From: the human T2T-CHM13v2.0 reference genome, Homo sapiens | Length of the DNA stretch: 64,000 nucleotides | Reading direction: 5' to 3' (one strand) | Assembly: GCF_009914755.1 (NCBI RefSeq) | Contig: NC_060925.1 | In this document: positions 31,336 to 43,820 of the stretch, in pieces | How positions within the stretch are numbered: position 1 is the stretch's first letter | Layout of the letters: each line of letters begins with the position of its first letter | Notes under the pieces: model-generated | The model's database searches: none | Told to the model about the DNA's origin: nothing | The model's input: the letters and a program-made list of their open reading frames with translations, nothing else | Made by a program: the position numbers and the translations under genes

Positions 31336-33435
31336 ATGGGTCACACGGAGTCTAAACATTATGCTTATCTCTGCTATATTAAACTCCTGTTAAAACAGGA
31401 GGGGGTTCAAGTGTCCATGGAAAATATGGTCACTCCATTCAGGGCAGTGGAAGAACACTGTCCTTGGTTTCCTGAAAAAGGAATCTTAGATGTACAACTA
31501 TGGGATCATGTTGGTGCAACATTCCAGGAACTGATCCCCACAGGGGGTTATGTTCTCATCCCTGTGTGGGGTGAATGGGCCTTGGCATGTGCTGTCCTAA
31601 TGACATACCTATCCCATTACCCCCTGCAGTTACCACAATTTTCTGAATCTTGTGACTCTCTATCTGTTCCTCAGCCTTCCTCTCCTGCATGGCCTTCGTT
31701 ATCTAATCAGCCTCTCCCTTTGCCTACTCCTTCCCCACCTGATGATGTTGAGAATTCAATATCTAACTCCAGTGACTTTGGCTTAAGGTCACTCCCTGAT
31801 GATCTTATTTTTTTTCATGAAGAGCTGGTACTTGTAGCTCCCGTGGCCCCAACTCAGACAGCCTGGGACCATATATATGCTAATTCTTCCCTCTTCAAAA
31901 CTTTGCAGCCTTTGTCTCCAGAGCAACCTAATGGCTCTGGAACCAAACTAAAGTTTACCTATAATTCTGCAGGCCCTCCCCCATATGCTTCAGCCCCTCA
32001 CCCTCCTGTTGTTTTGGTTTCTCAACTGGTCACTTTGCCATCCACTCAGCCTACTTCTCTGTACCCTTCTTCACACATGGATGCCAGTAATCACCAGTGT
32101 ACTTCTGCTTCTTCTGCTCCCCCAATGCTCCTTTCTCATGCTCTCATTCCAGCCCGACCTCCTCAACCTTAGTTTCCCTTATCTACACATGCTTTTCCTG
32201 TCACTTCTATGCCAACCCCATCTCAGGTGCCTACTCTTGAAACTTCCATGCAATGCTTATTATGCCAAAACAAAGAAACAAGTGGATTAGATGTGTGGGC
32301 TTATCCAGTCACGCTAGATCCTCCTAATGCTCAAGGCATCCAAATGCATCATGCACTGCTCAATCTTACCTTTTTAAAAGAATTCAAGGATGCTTGTACT
32401 CAGTATGGTCCTACTTCTCCATATGTTAAATTGGTATTTTGTACTGAGGTCGTTTTGCTTCCTTTAGACTGGTACCTTTTGGCAAAAGCCATTCTAACCC
32501 CATCTCAGCATTTACAATTCCATACCTGGTGGTCAGAGGAGGCCTGTCTGGAGGCTCAGCTAAATCAGGCTGATGTCATTCTAATTACTCAGGCTCAGCT
32601 CACAGGCTCCCATAATTTCTCTGATACTTATGCCCAATTAGGCTTTGATTCTCTTACCATGGAACAAATAACAAAGGTGTATATGAGCGCTTGGGATAAA
32701 TTACACTCCCCAGGCCAAGTTCCTGTTTCTTTTACTACTGTTAAACAAGATCACAGTGAATTATACCCTGATTTTTTAGCTAAATTACAAGATGCTGTTG
32801 AAAAATCTGTCTCTGATGAGTATGCTCAAGGTATTCTCCTTCCTATGTTAGCTTTTGAGAATATAAATCATGAGTGTAAAATGGCCATGTGTTCCATCCA
32901 ATGACAAAATTTACCTGATCATGAGGTGTTGCCTGCATATATTAAAGCTTATGAAAGCACTGGATCAGAGACCCACAAAGCTATTCTGTGGGCACGGGCC
33001 GTGAAGGACAGCAATCAAATTGGCTCCACTGATTCTTTTCTTGGAGCCTGCTATAATTGCAGTCAACTTGGTCATACTTGAAAAAATTGCACTGTTAAAA
33101 ACTTAAAAGTGGCCAAGCCAGTTCAACAAACAAGGCCAAATGCTGCTGCTACTGTTTGCCCACGTTGTCACAAAGGTAAACATTGGGCAAGTACTTGCCA
33201 CTCTAAGTATGATATAGATGGAAACCCCGTGCCACAGAACCAAGGAAATGGGAAGTGGGGCCAGTCCCAGGCCCCAATATCAAATGGGACACCTCAGACT
33301 CAGACCAGCATTGAGTTTCCACTTCAAGTGGTCCTAACGCAGCCCCCAGCACAAACAAATTTACCTACAACCAACCCAAATGGGTCCCAGCCTCTTCTTC
33401 TGTCTCAGTACAATGTTTGCCCACCTCCACAATAG
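31336..33435 (+). pseudogene. HML-8 gag (MA, Pro-rich region, CA, NC with two zinc knuckles)
   Basis: MGHTESKHYAY start; LKEFKDACTQYGPTSPY; MHR-like VKQDHSELYPDFLAKLQDA; CYNCSQLGH and CPRCHKGKHWASTC; single frame with three internal stops. Confidence 0.9.
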
Positions 33436-33439
33436 GGGG

Positions 33440-34130
33440 CAGGGTGGTTGATCTCTGTAGTACCATTCCTCTAAATTTACTACTGAATTCTTTGCCTTTA
33501 ATTGTCCCCATGGGGGATCACTGGCCCTTTACCTCAAGGTTCAGTGGGCTTGGTGTTAGGTAGGGCATCCACCTCTGCTAAAGGAATCATCATTCATACT
33601 GGTCTCATTAATTCTGATTCCCTTGATGAGATTAAACTCATCATGTCCACCAAAGTTCCTGTTTCCATTCTGGCTGGTGAGTCAATTGCTCAATTCCTTT
33701 TACTACTTAATATATTTTTAAACAAAGGAGATAAGACACATGGCCCTGGGATGGGCTCTGGTGGTGAAAAAGCCGCTTATTGGATTAATGTAATTTCTAA
33801 ACAATGGCCCACCTGCACCATACACATTCAAGGAAAAAAGTTTGAGGGCCTCGTAGATACTGGGGCTGATGTTTCTATTATTTCCTCTAATTTATGGCCT
33901 TCCTCCTGGCTTAAACATCCCACTAACATAGACTAGTAGGTGTTGGAAAAGCTGATGAAGTTTACCAGAGCACATTTATCTTGCCTTGCACTGGCCCTGA
34001 TGGTCAGAAGGGTAAAATTCAGTCTCATATCATGCCAATCCCCATTAATCTTTGGGGTAGAGATTTGCTGGCACAATGGGGGGCTGAAATTAATACTCCA
34101 CATAACTCTTAGAGTGCTCCAAGTCAACAT
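33440..34130 (+). pseudogene. HML-8 dUTPase-protease (pro) remnant
   Basis: GPLPQGSVGLVLGRASTSAKGIIIHTGLINSD (dUTPase motifs); FEGLVDTGADVSIIS (aspartic protease active site). Confidence 0.88.
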
Positions 34131-34336
34131 ATTCTACCTAATTCTTTGCCTTAAACTCCCAAATCAATACCTGGGAACTTGAAACATTCATAACGTGGAG
34201 AAGAGGATATGCTTGTGTTTCACCAGGAGATATCAATCCCTTGTCTGGGTGCCCACTAGGAAACTTAAACTTCGTGTGAATACTGACAACGAAAATCACA
34301 GGGAAAAGACATCCACAACAGAGACCGCCCTCAGAC

Positions 34337-36360
34337 GTGGTGAGATCTGTGCCAACTCCTCAGAAGCTGATACACCAAATCATAATGGGTCTGGTTCAAT
34401 CCTCCCTGATGGCAACAGAGACCCCTCTAACTAATCCCACTTCTCCTAATTACCTTTCTTTTTCTCCTCACAAACCTAAAAATCTCACCATTTCTATTAG
34501 CCTGAAAATAACATCCCTCTGTTCTTCTCTTCCTCCTTCAGCACTGCATCTTGCTTACAATAGGTTTTATTTAATAATTCTCCTCCTTATATGTTCTGTC
34601 TCACCAGTTTCCCCTCACGCTGATTTACCTGCTACACAAAATTATTCTTATTGGGCTTATGTGCCTTCTCCTCCACTTATTCGACCTCTCACCTGGATGG
34701 ATGCTCCTGTGGAAATCTATACTAACGATAGTGTGTGGATGCCTGGAGCTACAGATGACCACTGCCCCGCTCAACCAGGAGAAGAAGGCACTGCCTTTAA
34801 TGTTACTATGGGTTATAAATACCCCCTTCTGTGCTTCAGACATGCACCTGGTTGTATCCATCTAGAAACTCAAGTCTGGGCTGCTTATCTTCTGGAGAGA
34901 TCAGGTACAGAGGAACTGGGACATTTGGTCTCCAGCCTCTCCCTTTCTCCTTTAAGACAAATGAAAGGGGGAGGAGTAATGGGAGATACCCCATACTTTC
35001 AATATAAACCTGCATTAAAACCATGCCCTAAAAATTTTGAGGGCCCATCTAAAACTTTAATTTGGGATGATTGTGTTAACTCACAATGCAGTAATATTAA
35101 AAAATGACTCATATGGTTTAATAATAGACTGGGCACCAAAGGGCTATTTACAAAACAATTGCTCCTGTGGTGGAAGGGAATGACTGGAGGCTAGTTACTT
35201 TATTTCTTATTGGGAGAATGAGAATCAACATTCTACTTTGCATAGGAGGTTCAGCTCATTCTTTCCCTTAAAATGGGAAGATAAAGGGATTACCCTCCCC
35301 GCCGCCCGAGGCCTCATATGATATTCCCCATTCTGAGCCCAGAACACCCAGAACTTTGGAAATTGGCTATTGCCATGTCCAGACTGTGAGTATGGGAAGG
35401 GGAAACTTTTCTGTCTGTTGTCCCTGCTACTGTCCCTTTCCCTCAGTATCAACATAAATTCAGACATTCTGCTTTGCTTACCTCCAACCTGATTATTCCC
35501 ATACAGAGTTGTGTTAAGCCTCCTTACATGCTGTTAGTGGGAAATATCAAATTTTGGATGAACAATCAAACTGTCCAATGCACCAATTGTCATTTATACA
35601 CTTGTGTTAACTCCTGTTTTGACTCCAGGAAAAGTGTAATGTTGGTTTAAGCTCAAGAAGAAATCTGGATTCTGGTAACTTTGTCCAGACCTTAGGAATC
35701 CTCCCCCTCAGTACATTTAATTAATGAAGTGTTACAGCTAATTCTAAAAAGATCCAAGAGATTTGTTTTCACTTTAATTGCTGTGATCATGGGCCTATTT
35801 ACAGTCACTGCACTGGCCACCACTGCTGGAATGGCATTACATCAATCTGTTCAAATGGCTCATTATGTTAATGATTGGCAAGCCAATTCCACCTAAATTC
35901 TAAACAAGGCATTGATCAAAAATTGGCTAATCAAGTTAATGATTTAAGACAGTCTGTTATTTGGCTTGGAGATCAGGTAGTGAGTCTTGAACATTGCATG
36001 CAAATGCAGTGTGATTGGAATACTTCCGATTTCTGTTATCACCCCATATTCCTACAATGAGGCTCATCATTCATGGGAAATGTTCAAAGGACACCTTCTG
36101 GGTGGGGAAGATAATTTATCTTTGGACATAACTAAATTAAAGAAACAAATTTTTGAAGCCTCTCAAGCTCATTTATCCATTGTGTTTGGAGCTGAGGCAT
36201 TAGATCAGGTGGCAGAAAGTCTTTCTAGACTAAACCCCATGACTTGGATTAAGTCTACTGGGGGCTCCACTGTAGTAAATTTTGGAATTATGTTTCTCTG
36301 CTTAATTGGCTTGTTTTTAGTGTGCCAGACCAGTCAAAGAATCCTGCATCAAAATTGAGA
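34337..36360 (+). pseudogene. HML-8 env remnant
   Basis: NYSYWAYVPSPPLIRPLTWMD (SU start); furin site RSKR 35750-35761 followed by fusion peptide [12 protein letters not shown]; [28 protein letters not shown]; broken by stops and frameshifts. Confidence 0.88.
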
Positions 36361-36414
36361 GAACAAACAAGACTTCACCATCATGGCACATTTATATAAA
36401 AAGAAAGGGAGAGA

Positions 36415-37488
36415 TGTTGTGGGAAGTCAGGGAACCCGAATGGAGGGACTGGCTGGAGCCAAGGCAGAAGAACATAAATTGTGAAGACTTCATGGACATT
36501 AATCAGTTCCCAAAATTAATACTTTTATAATTTCTTACGCCTGTCTTTACTGCAATCTCTGAACATAAATTGTGAAGATTTCATGGACATTTATCACTTC
36601 CCCAATCAATACTCTTATAATTTCTTATGCCTGTCTTTACTTTAATCTCTTAACCCCATTATCTTCATAAGCTAAGAATATACATCATCTCAGGACCCTG
36701 TGATGATTGCATTAACTGTACAAATTGTAAAACGTGTGTTTGAAAAATATGAAATCAGTGCACCCTGAAAAAGAACAGAATAATGGTGATTTTCAGGGAA
36801 CAAGGAAGATAACCACAAGGTCTGACTGCCTGCAGGGTCGGGCAGAATAGAGCCATATTCTTCTTCTTGCAGAGAGCCTATAGACAGATGTGTGAGTAGG
36901 AGAAATATCACTGAATTCTTTTCCCAGCAAGGAATATTAATAATTGATAACCCTGGGGAAGGAATGCATTCCTGGGGGTAGGTCTATAAACAACCACTCT
37001 GGGAGGGTCTGCCTTATGCAGTTGAGATAAGGACTGAAATATGCCCTGGTCTCCTGCAGTACCCTCAGGCTTATAGGATTGGGGAATTCCAGCCTGGTAA
37101 ATTCTAGTCAGACTGGTTGTCTGCTCTCGAACCCTGTTTCCTGTTAAGATGTTTATCAAGACAATGTGTGCACAGTGGGACATAGGCCCTCATCAGTAAT
37201 TCTAATTTTGCCTTGCCTTGTGACCTTTATTGCCCTTTGAAGCATGTGATCTTTGTGACTTACTCCCTGTTCGTACACCCCCTCCCCTTTTAAAATCCCT
37301 AATGAAAACTTGCTGGTTTTGTGGCTTGGGGTCGCCATCACGTTCCTACCAATATGTGATGACACTGCTGGAGGCCCAGCTGTAAAATGTCCCTCTTTGT
37401 ATTCTTTCTCTTTATTTCTCAGACCAGCTGACTCTTAGGGAAAATAGAAAGAACCTACATTGAAATATTGGGGGCTGGTGCCCTGATA
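36415..37488 (+). mobile_element. 3' LTR (MER11 family)
   Basis: tgttgtgggaagtcagggaacc...ggctggtgccctgata; direct repeat of 30105-31177. Confidence 0.92.
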
Positions 37489-37639
37489 CCCATATGAAAG
37501 CTTTGCTGCACTGCTGTGCCCTTCCAGAGTCTAAAAGCTCCCATCTAGTCATCCTTTGTAGCACCTCTATATATTCTTGTAAAAAAATCTCCCTCTCTCA
37601 TTCTCTGTTCTTTTTTGTTTACATTTCTGGTAGAATTTA

Positions 37640-38065
37640 TCTGTTTAGAGAAGTTTCAGGTTCACAGAAAAATTAAGCAGAAAGTTCAGGGAGTTCCCAT
37701 ATATCACCCCTCCCTTCCAGCTTCCTGATTATCAACATCCTCCACCCGAGTATAACACTTGTTACATTTAATGAACCTGCAATGACACATCATTGTCACC
37801 CAAAATCTGTAGTTTACATTATGGATCACTCTTTGGTGTTTTACATTCTATGGGTTTTGTCAAATGTATAATGACATGTATCCACCATTGTGATACCATA
37901 TTGTTTCCCTTTCCTAAGAAATCCTCCTGCTCTGACTATTAATGTCTTTCTTCCTCCATCCCCTGGCAACCGCTGATCTTTGTACTGTCTCCATAGTTTT
38001 GCCTTTTCTAGAATGTCATATAATTTGAATCATATAGTGTGCAGCTTTCTCACATTGGCTTCTAG
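37640..38065 (-). mobile_element. L1MC-like 3' end
   Basis: tttagagaagtttcaggttcacagaaaaattaagcagaaag...ttgccttttctagaatgtcatata. Confidence 0.65.
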
Positions 38066-38222
38066 AAATGTCTTTTGAGCAAGCATGAAGGGCCAGCTTG
38101 GGGGGGTTGAGAAAAGGGCATCTTAAGCTTAAAAGGTCTTTAAAAATTAAAAGGCTGGGGAAAATGTTTCTATTTATCTTGGGGAAAAAAATCTATCAAA
38201 AAACCATCAAAGAATTTCTATT

Positions 38223-38530
38223 GGCCACCACATGTGGTGGCTCACACCTGTAATCTTAGCACTTTGGGAGGGTGAGTCAGGAGGATTGCCTGAGCAACAT
38301 GGCAAGACTTTGTCTCTACAAAAAAGAAAATATATTAGCTGGGCACGTTGGCACATACCTGTGGCCCCAGCTCATTCAGAGGCGGAGGTGGCAGGCTTAC
38401 TTGAGCCTAGGAGATTGAGGCTTCAGTGAGCTATGTTTGTGCCACTGCACTCCAGCCAGGGCCACAGAGGGAGACCTTGTCTCAAAACAAAACAAAACAA
38501 AACAAAACAAAACAACAACAACAACAAAAA
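38223..38530 (+). mobile_element. Alu (AluJ-like) with (caaaa)n tail
   Basis: ggcc...gtggtggctcacacctgtaatc; internal deletion. Confidence 0.85.
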
Positions 38531-38592
38531 TTTATATGAAAGAGAAGGCACATACAATTACTACATGTCAACTAAAAAGAAAAAACTAAAGA

Positions 38593-38889
<297 letters not shown>

Positions 38890-40039
38890 TGTAAAGAAAA
38901 AAAGAGAAAAGGTACAGTCCCAGGACAGAGTAATCCTGAGGAAAAGCCCTGGTCTTGAAGTCAGAAACTTCAGGCTCTTATGTTTATATTCAGAATGCAA
39001 CAGAGTATTCTAATGTCTTCCTGAGGTTGTTGGAATGGGAGACTTTTACACCATCTTTAACAATGTACTTGCATGTGTGTCTGACCTGTGTCTTAAAGGG
39101 TAAGAACTGATCTTTTCAAACAAGACCAAAAGTGTCCTTTTTGTTTTTAAAAAGGAAATATTATTCTTTTTGGATTAGATAAATGTTACTTGGGAATTAT
39201 AAACAATTGCTAAAAATATAGAAAAAGCATGAAAAATTAAAAATCACCTAGAACATCTATTACCTTATTCACACTTCCATGAACCTGAGTGGCAGTGCTT
39301 TGTTAAATTTTACACCCTAGGTGTTTTAGTGGCCCCTAATATGTAATGCTTAGAGTTTTTACCATTCAAAATAGAGGGAAAATATCCCCTAATTAGCATT
39401 TTTTGCAGATTGTCTGATATTCAGGAAGATTTCTGATATTAAGCAGAAAGTACTTGTGATATTTTGATGTGGGATAGAGCATAATATTTTTCTGTTGCTC
39501 CCGTTCAAGTGAAGGGGATTTTCCTGTACTTTTGGGAGGAATTTACTATGCAGGGGACTGGGATTTTGCCGGGATAGTTTTACCTAGCTTCAGGGCTCAA
39601 AGACTCTCTCTTCTTTTGTAACTCAGGACTTTTCAAAATTATGGCCTCGTAGTGATTTTTGAAATCACTTCCTGTCTCCTCCTTTCTCACTATTACAGGA
39701 CTCATATACTTCCTTCACTCCTCTTCCTTTTTGGATTCTATTGCTCACAATTCTTCCCAATGTGGGACTCTGTCCTGGAAAGGAAATTTTACTGATTAGT
39801 TTTCAGGGTTCTTAGGCCCAAGAGAACCTTATAATCACTAATCTTTCCCCTCCCACTTGTCATCCACCTTTGTTGAGTTGTCCGTAGCTCTTTTTTCTTT
39901 CTATCCTAGTTGCTCTGCTTGCTTTTGTGAAGGGATCAGGATTTTAAAAAAGTATACTTTAAATGCATCATCCCATGTGTTTTTGTCCTCTATGGTTTCT
40001 GATGAGAAACTAGTTATTAATCTCAACGAGGATTCCTTG

Positions 40040-40518
40040 TGATGCAGGGCAGGTGAGCTTCAAAGTGGAGCTTAGCTTACTAGGGTTCCTGGCTTTGCCC
40101 AGGAAATAATTCAAATGCAGGCCAGAGGCAGAAGAAAACAGTTTTACTGAAGAGGCAGTGTTATAATTCTGGCAGTGTTACAGCTCTATGACTGCTCCTG
40201 CAGAGCAGGGCTATACCATACTACACCATACGCAGAGAGTAGCAGCTCAGGGCAGTTTTGCAGTCATATTTATACCCACTTTTAATTGCATGCAGATTAA
40301 GGAGTGGTTATGCAGAAATTTCTAGGGAAAGAGTAGTAACTTTTGGGTCATTGGGTTATTACTATAGAATTGGGCAGTAGTTCCTGGGTGTTGCCATGGC
40401 AATGGTAAATTGTTGTGGCACACTGGTGGGTGTGTCTGATTGAAAGCTGTTTTCTTCCCAGCCCTGATTTAGCTAGTCCTCAATCTGGTCTGGTGTCTGA
40501 TCCTCACCTCCTACCTCG
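40040..40518 (-). mobile_element. ERV1 solo LTR (MER66-like) within an old antisense L1
   Basis: tgatgcagggcagg...cacctcctacctcg with 4-bp TSD cttg (40036-40039 / 40519-40522); family from recalled consensus. Confidence 0.7.
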
Positions 40519-40520
40519 CT

Positions 40521-40600
40521 TGTATGTGACAAATCACTTCTTTCTTGTTGCTTGCAAGATTGTATGTGACAAATCACTTCTTTCTTGTTGCTTGCAAGAT
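40521..40600. repeat. Perfect 2 x 40-bp tandem duplication
   Basis: tgtatgtgacaaatcacttctttcttgttgcttgcaagat twice with no mismatch. Confidence 0.97.
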
Positions 40601-42944
40601 TATTTCTTTTAACAGTTTAATTGTAATATGTCTTGCTGTAGGTATCTGAGTTCATCCTCCTTGGATGTCATTGAGCTTCTTGGACACTGAATTTCTTAGA
40701 TCTGTAGATTTGTGTCTTTCCTCAAATTTGGGAAGTTTTCATTCATTATTTCTTTAAATATTTTTCCATCCTTCCCCCTAACCCTCTTCTCATACTGGGA
40801 CTTCTGTAATGCATATATTGCTATGCTTGGTGGCATCCAATGAGACAAGTATTCCTTACATATGTGATCACTGATGTGTCTGTTTCTTTATCTCTGTAGT
40901 AAGCCAGTGACTTGAAAAAAATTTCCTTAAATATCTGGATAAAAAAATTAAAAAAAAAGAGAAATAAAAGAAAAAGGATTATTTCTTTAAATTCTTTTAA
41001 AGGTGCCATCTTGGTGGCAGGTGCCACCAGGGAAGCCATTCCTGCCTGAGGGTGTTGAAACAATATGAAGCTTCTGTGCCAGTCCTTCAGTGAGCTACTA
41101 GACAGATCAAAACACACAATTCCAGTTTTTGGCAGACAAAGTCCTTATTGCCAAGCCTGCACAAGTAAGCCATAACAGAAATGTGGATCATCATCCTCAT
41201 GACTACCATGGGACATGGGAATAAGAGATGACAGATGCTATGCAAAATGCCAAAATTTACCAGCCTAATTTTTCATTAAACATTCCCCTGTTTGCTATAA
41301 GTGTTTGGTTAGATTCCAGAGTTATAAAATAATTGATTTTGATGGTTTTTTGGTAGGTGAATAGTTGCTTTGATGGAAGGAGTGATTCTTGGAAATTCCT
41401 ACTCTACCATTTTCCATGAGGTCATGAAAACTTTATGCTAAGGAGAACAAAATTGGACAATATTGTATCATTTCATTTATATGAAAAAAATCCAGAAGGT
41501 AAATCCATACACACTGTAAAAAAATTTGTGGTTGCTGGAATTTGGGGGAGGAGGGAATGGGAAGACAGGAATAGAGGGTGTTTTTTGAGGGTGATGAAAA
41601 AAATTAAAACTACAGAGGTGGTGGTCGCACAACATTGTGAATGCATGAAGTGCCACTGAAATGTACACTTAAAAATGTAATTGTATATTATGATAATTTC
41701 ATTTCACTTAAAAAAAACGATGTTGCTATCTTGCAAAATAGAACCTAGTTGGCAGTTACTTGTTTCCAGCATTTTGGTGACATCATTCCATTGTCTTCTA
41801 GCTAATACTGTTTCTATTGACATGTCTGTTAGTCCTTTATTGGTCTTTTAAAATAAATTTCTTATTTTTTCTTTGGATACTCTCATTCTGTAGATTGTCT
41901 GTTTACTCTGTTGTTAGCTTCTTTTGCTGTGCAGAAGGTCTTTAGTTTAATTAGGGCCTATTTGTCAAGTTTTACTTTTGTTGAGATTGCTTTTGGCATC
42001 TTCATCATAAAATATTTGCCTGTTTCTATGTCCAGGATGGTATTGCCTAGGTTGTCTTCCAGGGTTTTTGTAGTTTTGGGTTTTTACATTTCAGTCTTTA
42101 ATCCATTTTGAGTTGATTTTTGTATATGATATAAGGATCTTATGCATGTTTTATGTGATATATGCAATCTTCCACATATGGCTAGCCAGTTATCCCAGCA
42201 CTATTTATTGACTGGGAAGTCTTTTTCCAATTGCTGTTTTTTGTCAGCTTTGTGGAATATTAGGTGATTTTAGGTGTGCAGCCTTATTTCTGGGTTCTCT
42301 ATTCTGTTCCATTCATCTATGTGTCTGTTTTTGTACCAGCACCATGCTGTTTTGGTTTTTGTAGCCTTGTAGCATAGTTTGAAATTGGGTAACATGATGT
42401 TTTTAGCTTTGCTCTTTTTACTTAGAATTGTGTTGGCTATTCAGGCTCTTTTTTGGTTCCATTTGAATTTTAAAATAGTTTTTTCTAGTTTTGTGAAGAA
42501 TGTCTTTGGTTGTTTGATAGGAAAAGCATTAAATCTGCAGATTGCTTTGGACAGTATGGGTGTTATAATGATATTGATTCTTCCTATCCATGAGAGATGA
42601 ATGTTATTCCATTTGTTTGTGTCATCTCTGATTTCTTTGAGCAGTATGTTATAATTCTCATTGTAGATATCTTTCACTTCCCTGGTTAACTGTATTCCTA
42701 GGTATTTTATTCTTTTTGCGGTAATTGTAAATGGACTGGGTTCCTGATTTGGCTTTTGGCTTGGCACTTGTTGGTGTATAGGAACACTAGTGATTTTTGT
42801 ATGTTTATTTTGTATTCTGAAACTTTACTGACATTGTTTATCAGCTGAAGGAATTTTTGGCAGAAACTATGGGAATTTCTAGACATGGAATCATGTTGTA
42901 TGCAAACAGGAATAGTTTGACTTCCTCTCTTCTTATTTGGATGC

Positions 42945-43397
42945 TGTATTAGTCAGGGTTCTCTAGAGGGACAGAATTAATAGGATAGATGTATACATAA
43001 AGGGGAGTTTATTAAGGAGTATTGACCCACATGATCACAGGATGAGGTCTCACAATATGCCGTCTGCAAGTAGAGGCACAAGGAAGCTAGTCTGAGTACC
43101 AAAGCTGAAGAACTTGGAGTCCAGTGTTTGAGGGCAGGAAGTGTCCCACCCAGAAGAAAGATGTAGGCTGGGAGGCTAAGCCAATCAAGTCTTTTTCACA
43201 TTCTTCTGCCTGCTTTTATTCTGACCATGCTTGCAGCTGATTAGATTCTGCCCACCCAGATTGAGAATGGGTCTGCCTTTCCCAGTCCACTGATTCAAAT
43301 TTTAATCTTCTTTGGCAACGCCCTCACAGACACACCCAGGAACAATACTTTGCATCCTTCAATCCAATCAAGTTGACACTCAGTGTTAATCATCACA
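42945..43397 (-). mobile_element. MLT2A (HERV-L) solo LTR
   Basis: tgtattagtcagggttctctagagggacagaa...gttgacactcagtgttaatcatcaca; 5-bp TSD gatgc (42940-42944 / 43398-43402). Confidence 0.88.
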
Positions 43398-43422
43398 GAT
43401 GCCTTTTATTTCTTAAAAAACC

Positions 43423-43779
43423 TTTTTTTTATTTCAATAGGTTTTTTGGGGGAATAGGTGGTGTTTGGTTATGTGAATAAATTCTTTAGTGGTGATTTCT
43501 GAGATTTTGGTGCACCCACCACCCAGGTACTGTGCACTGTACTCAATGTGTAGTCTTTTATCCTTTCACCCCCCATCCTTTCTCCCAAGTCCCCAAAGTC
43601 CAATGTATCATTATTGTGCCTTTTTGCATCCTCATAGCTCAGCTCCCAACATAAGTGAGAACATATGATGTTTGATTTTCCATTCCTGAGTTCCTTCACT
43701 TAGAATAATAGTCTCCAATTCCATCCAGGTTGCTGCAAGTGCCATTATTTTGTTCCTTCTATGGCTGAATAGTATTCCA

Positions 43780-43820
<41 letters not shown>

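Larger units (their letters stand above)
30105..37488 (+). mobile_element. HML-8 (HERV-K11) provirus: LTR-gag-dUTPase/pro-(pol deleted)-env-LTR, about 7.4 kb
   Basis: Two 1.07-kb MER11-type LTRs; tRNA-Lys-like PBS (tagtgtgccaacatgg, from about 31180); polypurine tract aaaaagaaagggagaga before the 3' LTR; betaretroviral gag/pro/env motifs. No clean TSD (left ctcatacc, right cccata). Confidence 0.92.

Noticed and set aside
30596-37365. Duplicated minus-strand ORFs in the two LTRs as a paired gene
   Set aside because: They only reflect the near-identical LTR tract; no coding features
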